From contig CANQYG010000002.1 in the NCBI GenBank assembly GCA_947628015.1, forward strand, positions 1-38,240: 38,240 bases of DNA, in the 5' to 3' direction. This DNA comes from an uncultured Clostridia bacterium (GTDB lineage Bacteria > Bacillota > Clostridia > TANB77 > CAG-508). Under the pieces are notes generated by a model. It had not been told where the DNA came from and did no database searches. It was given only the letters and a program-made list of their open reading frames with translations. Numbering within the stretch: the first letter of the stretch is position 1; every line of letters starts with the position of its first letter. Shown one piece after another: positions 26,155 through 35,161 of the stretch. A program made the position numbers and the translations under genes.

Positions 26155-26871
26155 ATGAAGGACAAGGGCTTAAGAATCGGATTAGGAATAACATGTTTTG
26201 TACTTGCACTTGCACTAACACTTCAAATAAGAACAATGTCAATAGAAAATTCAGTTGTATCACAGACATTTGCAGATGAAGAGTTAAAAGATAGCTTATT
26301 ACAATGGAAAGAAAAATATGAAAAAGCATCAGATAATTTAGCTAAATCTAATAAAGAGCTAGAGATAATTAGACAATCAGCCTCAACAAACGCAAGTGAT
26401 TCTGAAGAAAAAACAGCACAAATAAAAAAGAACAATTTATTATTGGGATTAACAAATGTTTATGGTAAAGGAATAGTAATAGAAGTTGCAGATGGAACAT
26501 CAAACATTCAAATATTAGATGCAAGTACATTACTTATACATGATGGAAATTTAAGAGATATAGTAAATGAACTTGCAAATGCAGGAGCAGAGGCAATAGA
26601 GATAAATGGCCAAAGAATAGTAAGTTCTACATATATAGTATGTGCAGGAAATGTAATATTAGTAAATGGAGAAAAAATAAGCTCACCTTGCATAATAAAA
26701 GCAATAGGAAATCAAGAAAGCTTGTATGGTGCAGTTGAAAGAGCAGGTGGAATATTACAAAATATGAGAATGAACGATTTGTCAGTACAAGTGAAAAAAG
26801 ATAATAATATAAAGATAAATAAATATAGTGGAGCACTTACACAGAAATTTATGAAAGACAGAGGTGAGTAG
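26155..26871 (+). CDS. DUF881-family division/sporulation-associated protein (YlxW/YlxX-like)
   Basis: Start chosen at ATG 26155 after TAAGGAGG. It has an N-terminal TM, a coiled coil and the conserved LRDIVNELANAGAEAIEINGQRI block. Confidence 0.75.
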   Translation: MKDKGLRIGLGITCFVLALALTLQIRTMSIENSVVSQTFADEELKDSLLQWKEKYEKASDNLAKSNKELEIIRQSASTNASDSEEKTAQIKKNNLLLGLTNVYGKGIVIEVADGTSNIQILDASTLLIHDGNLRDIVNELANAGAEAIEINGQRIVSSTYIVCAGNVILVNGEKISSPCIIKAIGNQESLYGAVERAGGILQNMRMNDLSVQVKKDNNIKINKYSGALTQKFMKDRGE

Positions 26872-26873
26872 TA

Positions 26874-27587
26874 ATGACATTAAAAAAAGATAAACAAACT
26901 ATTATTATGTCTATAATTGCAGGCTTGATGAGTTTATTGCTAGTTGGTTCAATGTTTATACAATTTAGAGCAGTAGATAAATCGGAAGAATCTAATTTAG
27001 AATCTTTAAGAACAGATGAGCTTAAAACACAAATAGCCTCATATAAAGCAAGATATGAAGAAACAATGGAGCAATATAATACTAATCAAAATACAATATC
27101 AGAATATGCCACAAGTATAGCAGAAAATAAAGAATCAACAGACTTGCTAGATAAGGAATTAAATGAGTCAAATACATTATTAGGACTTACAGATGTAGAA
27201 GGAGAAGGAGTAATTATAACATTAAAAGATACTGACGAGGCGTGTTATGCAGCAGATGATTTGCTAATGCTTATAAATGAGCTTAAATATGCAGGAGCAG
27301 AGGCAATATCAATAAATGATAATAGAATAATAAATTTAACAGATATAATTTCAATAAATAATAGTTTTATAGTTGTTAATTCAGATGCAAGAGTTAGTTC
27401 ACCATTTGTAGTAAAAGCAATTGGAGATAAAGACTATTTAATGAGTACATTAAATTTAAAAAATAGCGGCTTTGTTGACTTGATGAGAATAAATAATTTA
27501 GAAATCGAAGTAGAGTCATCAGATAATGTACTAATATATAAATATTCAAAAGAAATAAATGCAGAAGTTATGAAGGAGGTTGAATAA
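26874..27587 (+). CDS. DUF881-family protein, second paralog
   Basis: Same architecture as the first (LLMLINELKYAGAEAISINDNRI). Confidence 0.75.
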   Translation: MTLKKDKQTIIMSIIAGLMSLLLVGSMFIQFRAVDKSEESNLESLRTDELKTQIASYKARYEETMEQYNTNQNTISEYATSIAENKESTDLLDKELNESNTLLGLTDVEGEGVIITLKDTDEACYAADDLLMLINELKYAGAEAISINDNRIINLTDIISINNSFIVVNSDARVSSPFVVKAIGDKDYLMSTLNLKNSGFVDLMRINNLEIEVESSDNVLIYKYSKEINAEVMKEVE

Positions 27588-27588
27588 T

Positions 27589-27954
27589 ATGATGATATTA
27601 ACAATTATAATAGGAAGTTTACTAGGTGTACTTTTAGGATTTCTTATTCCAACAATACCATATACAGCATCAAAATATTTAGCAATAGCAATAGTTGCAG
27701 CCTTAGACTCAGTATTTGGAGGAATAGCATCACATATAAAGAAAAATTTTGATTTAAAAGTTTTTGTATCAGGATTTTTTGTAAATGCTCTAATTGCAAT
27801 GTTATTAACATATTTAGGTCAAAAGTTAAATGTTGATATATATTTAGCAGCAATAATAGTTTTTGTAGGAAGAATGTTTAATAATTTAGGAATTATAAGA
27901 AGATATTATTTAAGTAAAATTTCTCAAAAAATATCAAAAAATTCTAAAAAATAA
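27589..27954 (+). CDS. sbp: Small basic membrane protein (Sbp/DUF1290-like)
   Basis: ATG 27589 lies 9 nt after GGAGG. The product is hydrophobic with a basic tail. Its position between the DUF881 genes and ftsA matches B. subtilis. Confidence 0.65.
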   Translation: MMILTIIIGSLLGVLLGFLIPTIPYTASKYLAIAIVAALDSVFGGIASHIKKNFDLKVFVSGFFVNALIAMLLTYLGQKLNVDIYLAAIIVFVGRMFNNLGIIRRYYLSKISQKISKNSKK

Positions 27955-27959
27955 ATATA

Positions 27960-27998
27960 TTCGACATTATTACAAACCAGTTACAAAATTATTACAAA
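27960..27998. promoter_or_regulatory. Spo0A-box-like heptamer plus three phased TTACAAA repeats upstream of ftsA
   Basis: TTCGACA (27960-27966) is the reverse complement of TGTCGAA. TTACAAA starts at 27970, 27981 and 27992 (11-bp phasing). Confidence 0.35.
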
Positions 27999-28081
27999 AT
28001 TATTTCTATTTCTATTGACTTTTTTGAAAAAATAATATATTCTAAAGCAAGTAAAAAAAATAGGACTGGGGGTAATTTACT

Positions 28082-29305
28082 TTGGCTATAGGTGATATAA
28101 TTGTAGGCATTGACATAGGCGCATATAAGGTCAGCTTAGTTGTTGGTGAAGTCAATAATTTTAATCAAATCGAAATCATTTGTAACACCTGTAAAAAATC
28201 AAGTGGCATACAAAAAGGAAAAATAGTTAATGAATATGCTCTTTCAGAATCTATTTCAGCAGTAATAAAAGATGCAGAAAAAGAGATGAATATGAAAATT
28301 AATTCTGCATATATCACAATTTCAGGAAAATATGTCACAATTTTTCAAAATAGTGTAACAAAAACAGCTAAAGATAAATATTCAGGAATATCGTCAAGAG
28401 ATGTACAAAATGCAATTATGCAAGCAAAAGATATAGACATACCTGATGGAAAACAATTAATAGATATAATAACAAATGACTTTGTTTTAGAAGACGGAAA
28501 AAGAGTAGAAGATCCAGTAGGAGCTTTCAGTTCAATGTTTACCTTAAATGCAGAACTTATCCTCGCAGACAAAGAATATATAAAGGTTATATCAAGTATA
28601 TTTAGAAAAGTTGATATTGATATAGATGGAATAGTTCCTATTACATTAGCTGAAAAAAATTTTATACTAGATGAATCAGATCAAAAAGATTACATAATGC
28701 TTTTAGATATCGGAGCAGAAAATACAGATATAGGTGTATTTGATGGAGATAAATTTATATATACTAAGGCAATACCAATAGGTGGAGCAAATATTACTAA
28801 TGATATTAAATTAGTATTAGATATATCTTTAGAAGAGGCAGAAAAATTAAAAAGACAATATGGACTAGCATTAAAATCTTATATGGATAATGATACAGAA
28901 GTAGTATTAAATACAGCAAAGGATGGAAATAAAATTGTTAGGAGCTCAAACATTGTAGAAATAATTGAGGCAAGAATTGAGCAAATATTTGAACTGGTAA
29001 ATAAAGATATAACTAACGAAGGTATAAAACCAAAAATAAATAATGTAATTTTAACAGGACAAGGTATTACTAATATAAGTAAAAGCGATATAGTTGGAAA
29101 AATTACATTAAATATACCAGTAAAAATGGCATCAAATAAAATAGCAGGAATAATAAAACCTTGTTATACAACAGCATATGCTTTGGTTAGATATATTGCA
29201 TTAAGACCATTTGCAAAAACAGTATCAAGTAGCTTAGATATAAATTCAAATGAAAACTTCTTTCAAGGTCTATTAGAAAAAGTCAAAGATTTCTTCTATT
29301 CATAA
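28082..29305 (+). CDS. ftsA: Cell division protein FtsA
   Basis: Actin-like ATPase motifs (VGIDIGAYKV, LDIGAENTD) directly upstream of ftsZ. TTG start after GGGGGT. Confidence 0.9.
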   Translation: MAIGDIIVGIDIGAYKVSLVVGEVNNFNQIEIICNTCKKSSGIQKGKIVNEYALSESISAVIKDAEKEMNMKINSAYITISGKYVTIFQNSVTKTAKDKYSGISSRDVQNAIMQAKDIDIPDGKQLIDIITNDFVLEDGKRVEDPVGAFSSMFTLNAELILADKEYIKVISSIFRKVDIDIDGIVPITLAEKNFILDESDQKDYIMLLDIGAENTDIGVFDGDKFIYTKAIPIGGANITNDIKLVLDISLEEAEKLKRQYGLALKSYMDNDTEVVLNTAKDGNKIVRSSNIVEIIEARIEQIFELVNKDITNEGIKPKINNVILTGQGITNISKSDIVGKITLNIPVKMASNKIAGIIKPCYTTAYALVRYIALRPFAKTVSSSLDINSNENFFQGLLEKVKDFFYS

Positions 29306-29366
29306 AATAAACATAAAAATTAATAGAGAAAGTAAAAAAAGGTAAATAAAATAGGAGGGAAAAGTT

Positions 29367-30470
29367 ATGTTATTAGACAATAATAACTATGAAGAAAACT
29401 TAAATACAGATGAAACAGCTGTAATTAAAGTAATTGGTGTAGGTGGTGCAGGAAATAACGCAGTAAATAGAATGGTTGATTCAGGAATAGAAGGAGTTGA
29501 TTTTGTTTCTATAAATACTGATAAGCAAGCACTAATGCTATCAAAAGCAAAAACAAAAATTCAAATTGGAGAAAAAATAACAAGAGGTCTAGGTGCAGGA
29601 GCAAATCCTGATATAGGAGCTCAAGCAGCAGAAGAAAGTAAAACAGAAATATCAGAGGCAATTAGAGGAGCTGATATGGTATTTGTTACATCTGGTATGG
29701 GTGGAGGAACAGGTACAGGAGCAGCACCTGTTGTAGCATCTATAGCAAAAGAAATGGGAATATTAACAATAGCAGTAGTAACAAAACCATTTACTTTTGA
29801 AGGAAAGAAAAGACTTACTCAAGCAGAAAGAGGAATTGAAAGTCTAAGAGGAAAAGTAGATACTTTAGTAGTAATACCAAATGATAAATTACTACAAATA
29901 ATTGATAGAAAAACAACAATGTTAGAGGCCTTTAAAATGGCAGATGATATATTAAGACAAGGTGTTCAAGGTATATCAGACTTAATCAAAATACCAGGAT
30001 TAGTAAATCTAGATTTTGCAGATGTAAAAGCAGTAATGCTAAATACAGGAATGGCACATATGGGAATAGGTAGAGCATCTGGAGAAAATAGAGCAGAAGA
30101 TGCAGCAAAACAAGCAATACAAAGTCCATTATTAGAAACAACAATAGAAGGTGCAAGAGGAGTTATTATTAATGTAACAGGTGGAGAAAATATGGGATTG
30201 CACGAAGTAAATACAGCAGCAGAATTAGTACAAAGAAGTGTTGACCCAGAAGCTAATATAATCTTTGGTGCAGTAGTAGATAAGAGTTTGGATGAAGATA
30301 TTTGTATAACAGTAATAGCAACAGGATTTGATAAAGAGCCAGGAACAAAAGAAACAAGTATCGGAGCAAAACCTTGGATAAAAACACAAAGCACTCCAGT
30401 ACCAGAAAAAGAAGGATTAGATATAGACATCCCTCCATTCTTAAAAAAGAATAAAAATGCAAATAAATAA
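29367..30470 (+). CDS. ftsZ: Cell division GTPase FtsZ
   Basis: [13 protein letters not shown] and the tubulin signature [10 protein letters not shown]. Confidence 0.98.
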   Translation: MLLDNNNYEENLNTDETAVIKVIGVGGAGNNAVNRMVDSGIEGVDFVSINTDKQALMLSKAKTKIQIGEKITRGLGAGANPDIGAQAAEESKTEISEAIRGADMVFVTSGMGGGTGTGAAPVVASIAKEMGILTIAVVTKPFTFEGKKRLTQAERGIESLRGKVDTLVVIPNDKLLQIIDRKTTMLEAFKMADDILRQGVQGISDLIKIPGLVNLDFADVKAVMLNTGMAHMGIGRASGENRAEDAAKQAIQSPLLETTIEGARGVIINVTGGENMGLHEVNTAAELVQRSVDPEANIIFGAVVDKSLDEDICITVIATGFDKEPGTKETSIGAKPWIKTQSTPVPEKEGLDIDIPPFLKKNKNANK

Positions 30471-30480
30471 TAATATATAT

Positions 30481-30513
30481 AGCGAAGACTTTAAAAGGTT
30501 TTCGCTTTTTTTT
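30481..30513 (+). terminator. Rho-independent terminator after ftsZ
   Basis: agcgaagacttt...aaaggttttcgct stem followed by TTTTTTTT. Confidence 0.7.
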
Positions 30514-30547
30514 AATTTTTAGGTCTTTTTAAATCTTATGAAAGTAA

Positions 30548-30576
30548 TTGACAATATTATGTAAATGTAATATAAT
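30548..30576 (+). promoter_or_regulatory. Consensus SigA promoter for the WG-repeat gene
   Basis: TTGACA (30548-30553), 17-bp spacer, TATAAT (30571-30576). Confidence 0.6.
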
Positions 30577-30620
30577 AAAAAATGTAACTATAGTTTGTAC
30601 TATATTTTAGGAGGAAAAAA

Positions 30621-31181
30621 ATGAAACGGAAAAAATTAATTAAAATTATTGCTTCAATTATTGCTACAATTGCTATTTTACTTAGTATTGTAGGCGTCTA
30701 TGAATTTACAGTGCCAAAATCTGCTACAGAAACTATTGCTATAGATGATTCATCTACTGAAGAAACGGTAGAAGGACCAATAGAAGTAAAGCGAATAGTG
30801 AAAGAAAAAATAGCAGAAAAACAAATAGTAAAAGGACAAATTTCAGATGCGTCCGATTTTGACGAAATTGGTATATGTGATAGGCTTAACCAAATAGTCG
30901 TAAGAAAAAATGATAAGGATGGACTAATCGAAAATGGTGGTAAGGTAATTATTGTACCACAGTATGATTTTATATCACCATTACCATGTGGGAACGGAAT
31001 GAGAGAATTTCAAAATGACGGCTTATGGGGAGTATTAGACATTGAAGGAAATGTAATATTAGAGCCAAAATATGAATTTGTAAGCCTTAATGAATATGAA
31101 GGAACAATTCAAATTAAAAAGGGGCTGACATTTAAAACTTACAAAATTGAAGAAATAATTCAAAATGAAAGTTCCATTTAA
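30621..31181 (+). CDS. Membrane-anchored WG-repeat (KWG-like) protein
   Basis: N-terminal TM helix and a DGLWGVLDIEGNVILEPKYEFV repeat motif. Confidence 0.6.
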   Translation: MKRKKLIKIIASIIATIAILLSIVGVYEFTVPKSATETIAIDDSSTEETVEGPIEVKRIVKEKIAEKQIVKGQISDASDFDEIGICDRLNQIVVRKNDKDGLIENGGKVIIVPQYDFISPLPCGNGMREFQNDGLWGVLDIEGNVILEPKYEFVSLNEYEGTIQIKKGLTFKTYKIEEIIQNESSI

Positions 31182-31185
31182 AACA

Positions 31186-31221
31186 AACCTAGAATCCATA
31201 AATTTGGATTCTAGGTTTTTC
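31186..31221 (+). terminator. Rho-independent terminator
   Basis: aaacctagaatcca (31186-31199) pairs with tggattctaggttt (31206-31219), then T-rich sequence. Confidence 0.75.
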
Positions 31222-31261
31222 CTATGCTTATACAAAACAAAAAAATATTGAAAAATAAAGA

Positions 31262-31293
31262 AAAGATTTGTCTAAAAAGGCAAGTCTTTTTTT
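31262..31293 (+). terminator. Second terminator-like hairpin before spoIIGA
   Basis: aaagatttgtc pairs with ggcaagtcttt (11 bp including two G-U pairs), followed by TTTTTTT. Confidence 0.45.
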
Positions 31294-31350
31294 ATGCTTT
31301 GTATCAAGAAATGACAGATTTTTTAAATAGAAGATACTAAAATAAAGGAC

Positions 31351-32229
31351 ATGACGATATATTTAGATATAGTATTTTTAGAAAATGCTTTAATGAATTA
31401 CATAATATTATATGCTACAGGATTTGTGCAAAAAAGGAAAATGAAGAACTTTAAGCTCATAATATCAAGTGTGTTAGGAGCCTTGTATGCAATAATATCT
31501 TATTTAAAAATAATACCAATATATTCAACACTATTTATGAAAATATTGCTTTCAGTAATAATGATTTATGTAGCATTTAATAATGAAAACGCTAAGCAAT
31601 TATTAAAAAATTTACTGCTGTTTTATTTGGCATCATTTGTAATTGGAGGGTGTGCTTTAGCTATGCTCTATATGATTTCTCCAAAAAGAGTATCATTTCA
31701 AAATGGAGTATTAGTAGGAACATATCCAATGAAAATAACATTAATTGCAGGCTTAGTTGGATTTTTCATAATACAATATTCGTTTAGCCTTAATAAAAGA
31801 CAAATGAAAATAAAAGATTTATTATGTGAACTAGAAATAGTGGTAAATAATAAAAAAGTAAAAATGAAAGGATATATAGATTCGGGAAATACATTAAAAG
31901 ACCCAATATCTAAAAAGCCAGTTATAATAGTTGAAAAAGATGTAATGCAAGAAATTATAGATGTAAATAAATTATTAGGAGGTGATGAAAATTTAAAAAT
32001 AAGACTAATACCTTTTAAATCAATTGGAAAACAGAATGGAATGCTGATAGGAATAAGACCAGAATATGTAAAGATAAAATATAATGAAAATCAAATTATA
32101 ACAAAAAAAGTAATCATAGGAATATATGATAAAAAAATTAGTAAAAACTATTCTGCACTAATTGGTTTAGAAATACTTGAAGGAGGAAGAGAAAATGAGA
32201 ATATTAGAAATGTTAAACAAAATGTATAA
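31351..32229 (+). CDS. spoIIGA: Sigma-E processing peptidase SpoIIGA
   Basis: N-terminal [12 protein letters not shown]..., five TM segments and the aspartic protease motif [12 protein letters not shown]. It lies directly upstream of sigE. Confidence 0.9.
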   Translation: MTIYLDIVFLENALMNYIILYATGFVQKRKMKNFKLIISSVLGALYAIISYLKIIPIYSTLFMKILLSVIMIYVAFNNENAKQLLKNLLLFYLASFVIGGCALAMLYMISPKRVSFQNGVLVGTYPMKITLIAGLVGFFIIQYSFSLNKRQMKIKDLLCELEIVVNNKKVKMKGYIDSGNTLKDPISKKPVIIVEKDVMQEIIDVNKLLGGDENLKIRLIPFKSIGKQNGMLIGIRPEYVKIKYNENQIITKKVIIGIYDKKISKNYSALIGLEILEGGRENENIRNVKQNV

Positions 32230-32908
32230 TAAGATTTTAAATATAGAAGAAATAGAAAGAATATTTTACGTTGGAGGAAGTGAAAACTTACCAGCACCAC
32301 TTTCGCCAGAAGATGAAGAAAAAGAAATAATAAAGTTAGATAGAGGAGATGAAAATGCAAAGAAAACATTAGTAGAGCATAACTTGAGATTAGTTGTGTA
32401 TATAGCAAAAAAATTTGAAAATACAGGAGTTGGGATAGAAGATTTAGTATCAATAGGAACAATTGGATTAATGAAGGCAATAAATACATTCAATATGGAT
32501 AAGAAAATTAAGTTAGCTACTTATGCATCAAGGTGTATAGAAAATGAGATACTAATGTATTTGAGAAGAAGTAATAGGATAAAAAGTGAAATATCAATAG
32601 ATGAGCCACTAAATCAAGATGGAGATGGAAATGAACTGTTACTATCAGATATTTTAGGAACAGATGAGGATATAACATCAAGAAGATTAGAAGATGAAGT
32701 AGATCAAAAACTGTTAAAATTATCTATATCAAAGCTAAATAAAAGAGAAAAAAATATAATGGAATTAAGATTCGGATTTATTACAGGAGATGAAAAAACA
32801 CAAAAAGAAGTAGCAGATATGCTTGGAATATCACAAAGCTACATATCTAGATTAGAAAAGAAAATTATAGGAAAAATGAAAAAGGAAATATTGAGTAAAA
32901 CAGGATGA
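32195..32908 (+). CDS. sigE: Sporulation sigma factor SigE (pro-sigma-E)
   Basis: [49 protein letters not shown] and [13 protein letters not shown] are near-identical to B. subtilis SigE blocks. ATG 32195 follows GGAGG; the ORF track starts at TTG 32177. Confidence 0.95.
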   Translation: MRILEMLNKMYNKILNIEEIERIFYVGGSENLPAPLSPEDEEKEIIKLDRGDENAKKTLVEHNLRLVVYIAKKFENTGVGIEDLVSIGTIGLMKAINTFNMDKKIKLATYASRCIENEILMYLRRSNRIKSEISIDEPLNQDGDGNELLLSDILGTDEDITSRRLEDEVDQKLLKLSISKLNKREKNIMELRFGFITGDEKTQKEVADMLGISQSYISRLEKKIIGKMKKEILSKTG

Positions 32909-32926
32909 AATTTTTTTCAAAATAAT

Positions 32927-32955
32927 TGACTAAAAAAAATCATTACTATATAATA
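32927..32955 (+). promoter_or_regulatory. SigA-type promoter for the YdjG/YdjI-like module
   Basis: TTGACT (32927-32932), 17-bp spacer, TATAAT (32950-32955). Confidence 0.55.
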
Positions 32956-32986
32956 AATGAAAATATAATAAAGAAGAGAGAAATAT

Positions 32987-33211
32987 ATGAAAATAAAAAG
33001 AATACTAATGATAATAATGGCAATGTTAATGTTTTTTAATAGTAATGTTTTAGCAGCCCCGAAAACAAAGAGCACGCCTAATATGAAAATTGTATTACCA
33101 CTATTAATTATACTTCCTATAGTATTTTTAGTAATTGCAATTATTATAGTGTTGAAAAAGCCAAAAGCACAAAATGATGAAATAGAACCAAATGATAATA
33201 ATAAAATTTAG
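32987..33211 (+). CDS. Small secreted/membrane protein (signal peptide plus one TM)
   Basis: 74 aa: MKIKRILMIIMAMLMFFNSNVLA then a second hydrophobic helix. SD AGAAGAGAGA upstream. Confidence 0.5.
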   Translation: MKIKRILMIIMAMLMFFNSNVLAAPKTKSTPNMKIVLPLLIILPIVFLVIAIIIVLKKPKAQNDEIEPNDNNKI

Positions 33212-33228
33212 AGAAAAAGAGAGAAAAA

Positions 33229-34149
33229 ATGAAAAAGATTAAAAAAATAGTATTATTGACAATTATGATGATAGCAATATCTACATATACTTTTGCAGAT
33301 GTAGGAAGTTTTGAAGATTATGACTCAGGTTCAAGTTGGGACTCTGGTTCTAGCTGGGATTCAGGCTCTAGTTGGGACTCAGGCTCAAGTTGGGATTCTG
33401 GTTCAAGCTGGGACTCAGATTATAGTGGAAGTTCTGGTTTCTTTCCAATATTTTTTGGGGGAAATGTAGGATTTTACCTTTTTGTATTTTTTTTAATAAT
33501 TGTTGTTTCTATAGCTAAATCGAAGACAAGAAATAACAGAAATATGAACATTTCAAATATAAAATCAAGAAATATATATGAAGATAGTTTAGTATTAAAT
33601 AAAATAAAACAAGTAGATCCAAACTTTAATGGAGAAGAATTCCAAAGATTTGCAAAAGATGTATTTGTAAAATTGCAAAATGCATGGACAGATAGAGATT
33701 GGGAGAAGATAAGACCATTTGAAGCAGAAGAATTATTTGAACAACATAAAGCACAACTAGAAGGATATATAAAGAATAATCAAATAAACGTAATGGAAAG
33801 AATATGCGTAAACTGGGTACACTTCTTATCATTTGAACAATATGGAGGAAATGATATATTAAAAATAGATTTAAACTCAAGAATGGGAGACTACATCATA
33901 GATGCAACAACTAAAAAAGTAATTAGAGGAGATAAATCGAAAGAATATTATCACACATATATATTGACATTTATAAGAACAACAGGACAAACAACAGAGT
34001 TAGGACAAGATGGATTAAAAACAACAAATTGTCCAAATTGCGGAGCACCAACAACAATTACATCATCAGGAAGGTGTGAATACTGTAATAGTGTTATTAC
34101 GACAGAAGACCATGGATGGGTATTATCTAATTTAACAAGAAAAAATTAA
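33229..34149 (+). CDS. TIM44-like-domain membrane protein with C-terminal zinc ribbon (YdjG-like), paralog 1
   Basis: Signal peptide, five DSGSSW repeats, a TM, a conserved FQRFAKDVFVKLQNAWTDRDWEKIRPF region and CPNCGAP...CEYCNS. Confidence 0.65.
   Translation: MKKIKKIVLLTIMMIAISTYTFADVGSFEDYDSGSSWDSGSSWDSGSSWDSGSSWDSGSSWDSDYSGSSGFFPIFFGGNVGFYLFVFFLIIVVSIAKSKTRNNRNMNISNIKSRNIYEDSLVLNKIKQVDPNFNGEEFQRFAKDVFVKLQNAWTDRDWEKIRPFEAEELFEQHKAQLEGYIKNNQINVMERICVNWVHFLSFEQYGGNDILKIDLNSRMGDYIIDATTKKVIRGDKSKEYYHTYILTFIRTTGQTTELGQDGLKTTNCPNCGAPTTITSSGRCEYCNSVITTEDHGWVLSNLTRKN
33322..33411 (+). repeat. Five tandem 18-bp units encoding DSGSSW
   Basis: Units are gactcaggttcaagttgg / gactctggttctagctgg / gattcaggctctagttgg / gactcaggctcaagttgg / gattctggttcaagctgg. 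All differences are synonymous. Confidence 0.9.
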
Positions 34150-34204
34150 TTCAAGAATAATTAGCTAAAAATGATTAATATATGATAAATAAAAAGAGAG
34201 CAAA

Positions 34205-35083
34205 ATGAAAAAGATAAAAAAAATAGTATTATTAACAATTATTCTGATAACAATGTCCATGTACACTTTTGCAGAGGTAGGAAGTTTTGAAGATTATGAT
34301 TTTGGTTCGAGTTGGGATTCGAGCACAAGCTGGGATTCTGACGAGGACTCTAGTCATAGAAGAGTTTCTGGATATTTTCCAACTCCAATACTTTTTGTTG
34401 AAGATATTGGAACCTATATTTTTATATTTTTTGTGATTGTAATTATAACAGTAATAAAATCAAAAATTGGAATAAATAGAAGAAAAGATTATATAAAAAC
34501 GAGCACAATATATGAGGACAACTTAGTAATAAACAAAATAAAACAAGTGGATGCAAACTTTAATGAAGAAGAATTCCAAAGATTTGCAAAAGATGTATTT
34601 GTGAAATTGCAAAATGCATGGACAGATAGAGATTGGGAAAAGATAAGACCATTTGAAGCAGAAGAATTATTTGAACAACATAAAGCACAGCTAGAAGGAT
34701 ATATAAAAAATAATCAAATAAATGTAATGGAAAGAATATGTGTGAATTGGGTACACTTCTTATCATTTGAACAATATAAAGGAAAGGATATATTAAAAGT
34801 AGATTTAAACTCAAGAATGGGAGACTATATAATAGATGCAACAACTAAAAAAGTAATTAGAGGGAATAAATCGAAAGAATATTATCACACATATACATTG
34901 ACATTTGTAAGAACAACAGGACAAACAACAGAGTTAGGACAAGATGGATTAAAAACAACAAACTGTCCAAATTGTGGAGCACCGACAACAATTACATCAT
35001 CAGGAAGATGTGAATATTGCAATAGTGTTATTACAACAGAAGATCATGGATGGGTATTATCTAATTTAACAAGAAAAAATTAA
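34205..35083 (+). CDS. TIM44-like-domain membrane protein with C-terminal zinc ribbon (YdjG-like), paralog 2
   Basis: The C-terminal ~190 aa are almost identical to paralog 1. The N-terminal repeat is degenerate (DFGSSWDSSTSWDSDEDSS). Confidence 0.65.
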   Translation: MKKIKKIVLLTIILITMSMYTFAEVGSFEDYDFGSSWDSSTSWDSDEDSSHRRVSGYFPTPILFVEDIGTYIFIFFVIVIITVIKSKIGINRRKDYIKTSTIYEDNLVINKIKQVDANFNEEEFQRFAKDVFVKLQNAWTDRDWEKIRPFEAEELFEQHKAQLEGYIKNNQINVMERICVNWVHFLSFEQYKGKDILKVDLNSRMGDYIIDATTKKVIRGNKSKEYYHTYTLTFVRTTGQTTELGQDGLKTTNCPNCGAPTTITSSGRCEYCNSVITTEDHGWVLSNLTRKN

Positions 35084-35161
35084 ATAAAAATGAAAAAATA
35101 AAGTTTATTAATCAATAAAATATAAAATAAAATTAATAGGAAAAATTTAAAGGAGGAAATT

